DNA of 42,833 nucleotides, from contig JBDTNR010000001.1 in NCBI GenBank assembly GCA_039933655.1, positions 1 to 42,833 on the forward strand. The letters are read 5' to 3'. The translations under genes and the position numbers were made by a program. Under the pieces are notes generated by a model. The model was given only the letters and a program-made list of their open reading frames with translations, was not told the origin of the DNA and made no database searches. The stretch comes from Betaproteobacteria bacterium. GTDB lineage: Bacteria > Pseudomonadota > Gammaproteobacteria > Burkholderiales > Casimicrobiaceae. Shown one piece after another: positions 40,347-42,833 of this stretch; position 1 is the stretch's first letter; each line of letters opens with the position of its first letter.

Positions 40347-41348
40347 ATGCTGACTCGTCGTGGTTTGCTGCAACTGGGCGCGGGGCTGCTCGCGCTGACA
40401 ATCGGCGCGGGCGCGCCAATGGCGCTCGCGCAGAGCAGGACCAAAGTCGCCGCCGTGTACACGGTCCCGGTCGAACAGCAGTGGGTGAGCCGCATCCACA
40501 AGGCGCTCAACGCCGCCAAGGACCGCGGCGAGATCGAGTACGTGTTCTCGGAGAAGGTCGCCAACGCCGACTACGAGCGCGTGATGCGAGAGTTCGCGGA
40601 AAAGGGCAACACGTTCATCGTCGGCGAGTCCTTCGCCGTAGAAGCCGCGGCGCGCAAGGTCGCCAAGGATTACCCGAAGGTGTCGTTCCTGATGGGCTCG
40701 TCGGGCAAGCCGCAGGCGCCGAACTTCGCGGTGTTCGACAACTACATCCAGGAGCCGGCGTATCTCACCGGCATGATTGCCGGCGGCATGACCAAGACCA
40801 ACAAGATCGGCATGGTCGGCGGCTACCCGATTCCCGAAGTGAACCGCCTGATGCACGCGTTCATGGCGGGAGCCAAGGACGTGAACCCGAAGGTCGAGTT
40901 CATGGTGACGTTCATCGGCTCGTGGTTCGATCCGCCGAAGGCCAAGGAAGCGGCGTTCGCGATGATCGAGAAGGGCGCCGACGTCATGTACGCCGAGCGC
41001 TTCGGCGTGTCCGACGCGGCAAAGGAGCGCGGCAAACTCGCGATCGGCAACGTCATCGACACCCAGGCGCAGTACCCGGACACCGTCATCGTGTCGGCGC
41101 TGTGGAACATGGAGCCGACGATCGACACCGCCCTGAAGAACGTCACGGCCGGCAAGTTCAAGGCCGAGGACTACGGCCAGTATTCGCTGATGAAGAACAA
41201 GGGCTCGGAAATGTCGAAGCTCGGCACGTTCGAAGCCAAGGTTCCGAAGGAGCTGCAGGCAAAGGTCGCGGCCAAGCAGAAGGACATCCTCGACGGCAAA
41301 TACAAGGTCGGCGTCGTGGAGACGGAACCGAAGTCGACGGCGAAATAA
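40347..41348 (+). CDS. BMP family (nucleoside-type) ABC transporter substrate-binding protein
   Basis: TRRGLL Tat-like signal; EPAYLTGMIAG.MTKTNKIGMVGG, F..GAK.VNP, IGSWFDP.KAKE, GADV. Confidence 0.9.
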   Translation: MLTRRGLLQLGAGLLALTIGAGAPMALAQSRTKVAAVYTVPVEQQWVSRIHKALNAAKDRGEIEYVFSEKVANADYERVMREFAEKGNTFIVGESFAVEAAARKVAKDYPKVSFLMGSSGKPQAPNFAVFDNYIQEPAYLTGMIAGGMTKTNKIGMVGGYPIPEVNRLMHAFMAGAKDVNPKVEFMVTFIGSWFDPPKAKEAAFAMIEKGADVMYAERFGVSDAAKERGKLAIGNVIDTQAQYPDTVIVSALWNMEPTIDTALKNVTAGKFKAEDYGQYSLMKNKGSEMSKLGTFEAKVPKELQAKVAAKQKDILDGKYKVGVVETEPKSTAK

Positions 41349-41366
41349 TCACGATGAGGCACGATG

Positions 41367-41399
41367 GCGCCCTGGTCAAGGCCGGGGCGTTGTTGTTTT
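41367..41399 (+). terminator. Hairpin with T-rich tail after the BMP gene (partial terminator or mRNA stabiliser)
   Basis: GCGCCCTGGT-CAAG-GCCGGGGCGT followed by TGTTGTTTT. Confidence 0.6.
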
Positions 41400-41447
41400 C
41401 GTCGATCCCGCGCGGGCGGAAATTCGGTGTCGCCGCCTCCTACATGG

Positions 41448-41541
41448 GTCGTCCACGCGAAAGTGGAAATCCGGCATCGCGGGACGGCAGTACGGCATCG
41501 GCGCGGCAACGCCTCGGGGTCCCCGCTTTCGCGGGGACGAC
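41448..41541. repeat. REP-like pair of a second family (GTCGTCCCCGCGAAAGCGGGGACCC)
   Basis: Degenerate left copy GTCGTCCACGCGAAAGTGGAAATCC and intact inverted copy GGGTCCCCGCTTTCGCGGGGACGAC; a further degenerate copy at 41401-41425. Confidence 0.75.
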
Positions 41542-41550
41542 GGTGGCCAA

Positions 41551-42833
41551 GTGACGACGACGTCGGCTGCGCCCGTCCTCCGCCTCTTCGGCATCACCAA
41601 GCGCTTCGGCCCACTGACCGCCAACGACGGCATTTCGCTCGACCTGGCACGCGGCGAAGTGCTGGCGCTGCTCGGCGAGAACGGCGCCGGCAAGTCCACG
41701 CTGGTGTCGATCCTGTTCGGCCACTACATGCCGGACGAGGGCAGGATCGAGGCGTTCGGCGTGCCGCTGCCGCCCGGCGACCCGGGCGCGGCACTCGCTG
41801 CAGGCATCGGCATGGTGCACCAGCACTTCACGCTGGCCGACAACCTCTCGGTGCTCGACAACGTGATGCTCGGTACCGAATCGCTGTGGCGGATGAAGTC
41901 GCGGCGGCGCGTGGCGCGGGCACGCCTCGTCGCCACCGCGCAACGCTTCGGTCTGCGCGTGGACCCGGGTGCGCGCGTCGGCTCGCTGTCGGTGGGCGAA
42001 CGGCAGCGCGTCGAGATCCTGAAGGCGCTGTTCCGCGACGCGCGCGTCCTGATCCTCGACGAGCCGACCGCCGTGCTGACGCCGCAGGAGTCGGAATCGT
42101 TGTTCGCGACGCTACGGCAACTCGTCGCCGAGGGCCTTTCGCTGATCTTCATCAGCCACAAGCTGTCGGAGGTGCTGCGCGTGTCCGATCGCATCGCGGT
42201 GCTGCGCGCGGGCAGGCTCATCGCCACGCTGCCGGCGCGCGGCGCTGATCGCGCGCAACTCGCCGAACTGATGGTGGGTCGCGCGGTGCCCGCGCCCGTG
42301 GCGAAGCCCAACCGGTCCGGCGCGGCCGTGTGCACGATCGCCAACGCATCGATCGCAGGTGCGCTTGCGGACGTATCGCTGGCGATCAATGCCGGCGAGA
42401 TCACGGCGATCGCCGGCGTGTCGGGCAACGGCCAGCAGGCGCTCGCCGACGTGCTGTGCGGCATGCGCGCGCCCGAGTCGGGCCGCGTGACGGTGGCCGG
42501 CCGCCTGCTTTCCGCCGACCCCCGCGTCTGGATCGCGGCAGGGGTCGCGCGCATCCCGGAGGACCGGCATGCGGTCGGCCTGATCGGCGACCTGCCGCTG
42601 TGGGAAAACGCGATGGCCGAGCACTGCCTGACGCGATTTTCGCGGTACGGCTTCGTGCGCAGGCGCGCGGCACGTCGTTTCGCGCGCGACGTGATGACGC
42701 GCTTCGATGTGCGGGCGGGCGGCGGCGTCGATACGCCGGCGCGGTCGCTGTCGGGTGGCAACATGCAGAAGCTGATCCTCGGCCGCGTACTGTCCGGCGA
42801 GGCGGCGGCCGGCGCGGCGCCGATGCTGATCGT
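41551..42833 (+). CDS. ABC transporter ATP-binding protein (two-domain nucleoside/sugar type), 3'-truncated by the window edge
   Basis: Not in the ORF track because it has no stop in the window. GTG start; ITKRFG, LLGENGAGKSTL, GIGMVHQHF, LSVGERQRVEILKAL, ILDEPTAVLT, LSGGNMQK. Confidence 0.92.
   Translation, partial: MTTTSAAPVLRLFGITKRFGPLTANDGISLDLARGEVLALLGENGAGKSTLVSILFGHYMPDEGRIEAFGVPLPPGDPGAALAAGIGMVHQHFTLADNLSVLDNVMLGTESLWRMKSRRRVARARLVATAQRFGLRVDPGARVGSLSVGERQRVEILKALFRDARVLILDEPTAVLTPQESESLFATLRQLVAEGLSLIFISHKLSEVLRVSDRIAVLRAGRLIATLPARGADRAQLAELMVGRAVPAPVAKPNRSGAAVCTIANASIAGALADVSLAINAGEITAIAGVSGNGQQALADVLCGMRAPESGRVTVAGRLLSADPRVWIAAGVARIPEDRHAVGLIGDLPLWENAMAEHCLTRFSRYGFVRRRAARRFARDVMTRFDVRAGGGVDTPARSLSGGNMQKLILGRVLSGEAAAGAAPMLI

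Overview
High-GC chromosomal window that looks betaproteobacterial (Burkholderiales-like; inferred from gene content such as a Bug/TctC protein and from repeat types, not from a marker gene). Most of it is ordinary metabolism, transport and stress genes with a strong thiol/redox theme: gshA, a KefB/C-type K+ efflux system divergent from a DsbA-NhaA fusion, LysR/pirin with an azoR remnant, a CurA-like oxidoreductase, an OxyR-box-preceded Prx5-Grx hybrid plus lpd-like reductase, an ECF sigma/NrsF pair, fadH, a TonB-dependent receptor and a BMP-type ABC transporter. There are two gene remnants (MmgE/PrpD and azoR) and several REP-like palindromes. No rRNA, tRNA, CRISPR-Cas or transposase was recognised. 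The most unusual part is 37.6-40.2 kb. It holds an XRE repressor and, divergently, two related short leader-like peptides each followed by a hairpin, then a 66-aa ORF, then a tandem array of ~125-150 nt structured RNA-like units rich in GNRA tetraloops, then a 114-bp nested palindrome, and finally an exact sigma54 promoter consensus directly upstream of a zinc-finger HNH nuclease. This is the best candidate for an undescribed RNA-associated nuclease or RNA-stress system. All family assignments are motif recognition by eye; no searches or folding programs were run.
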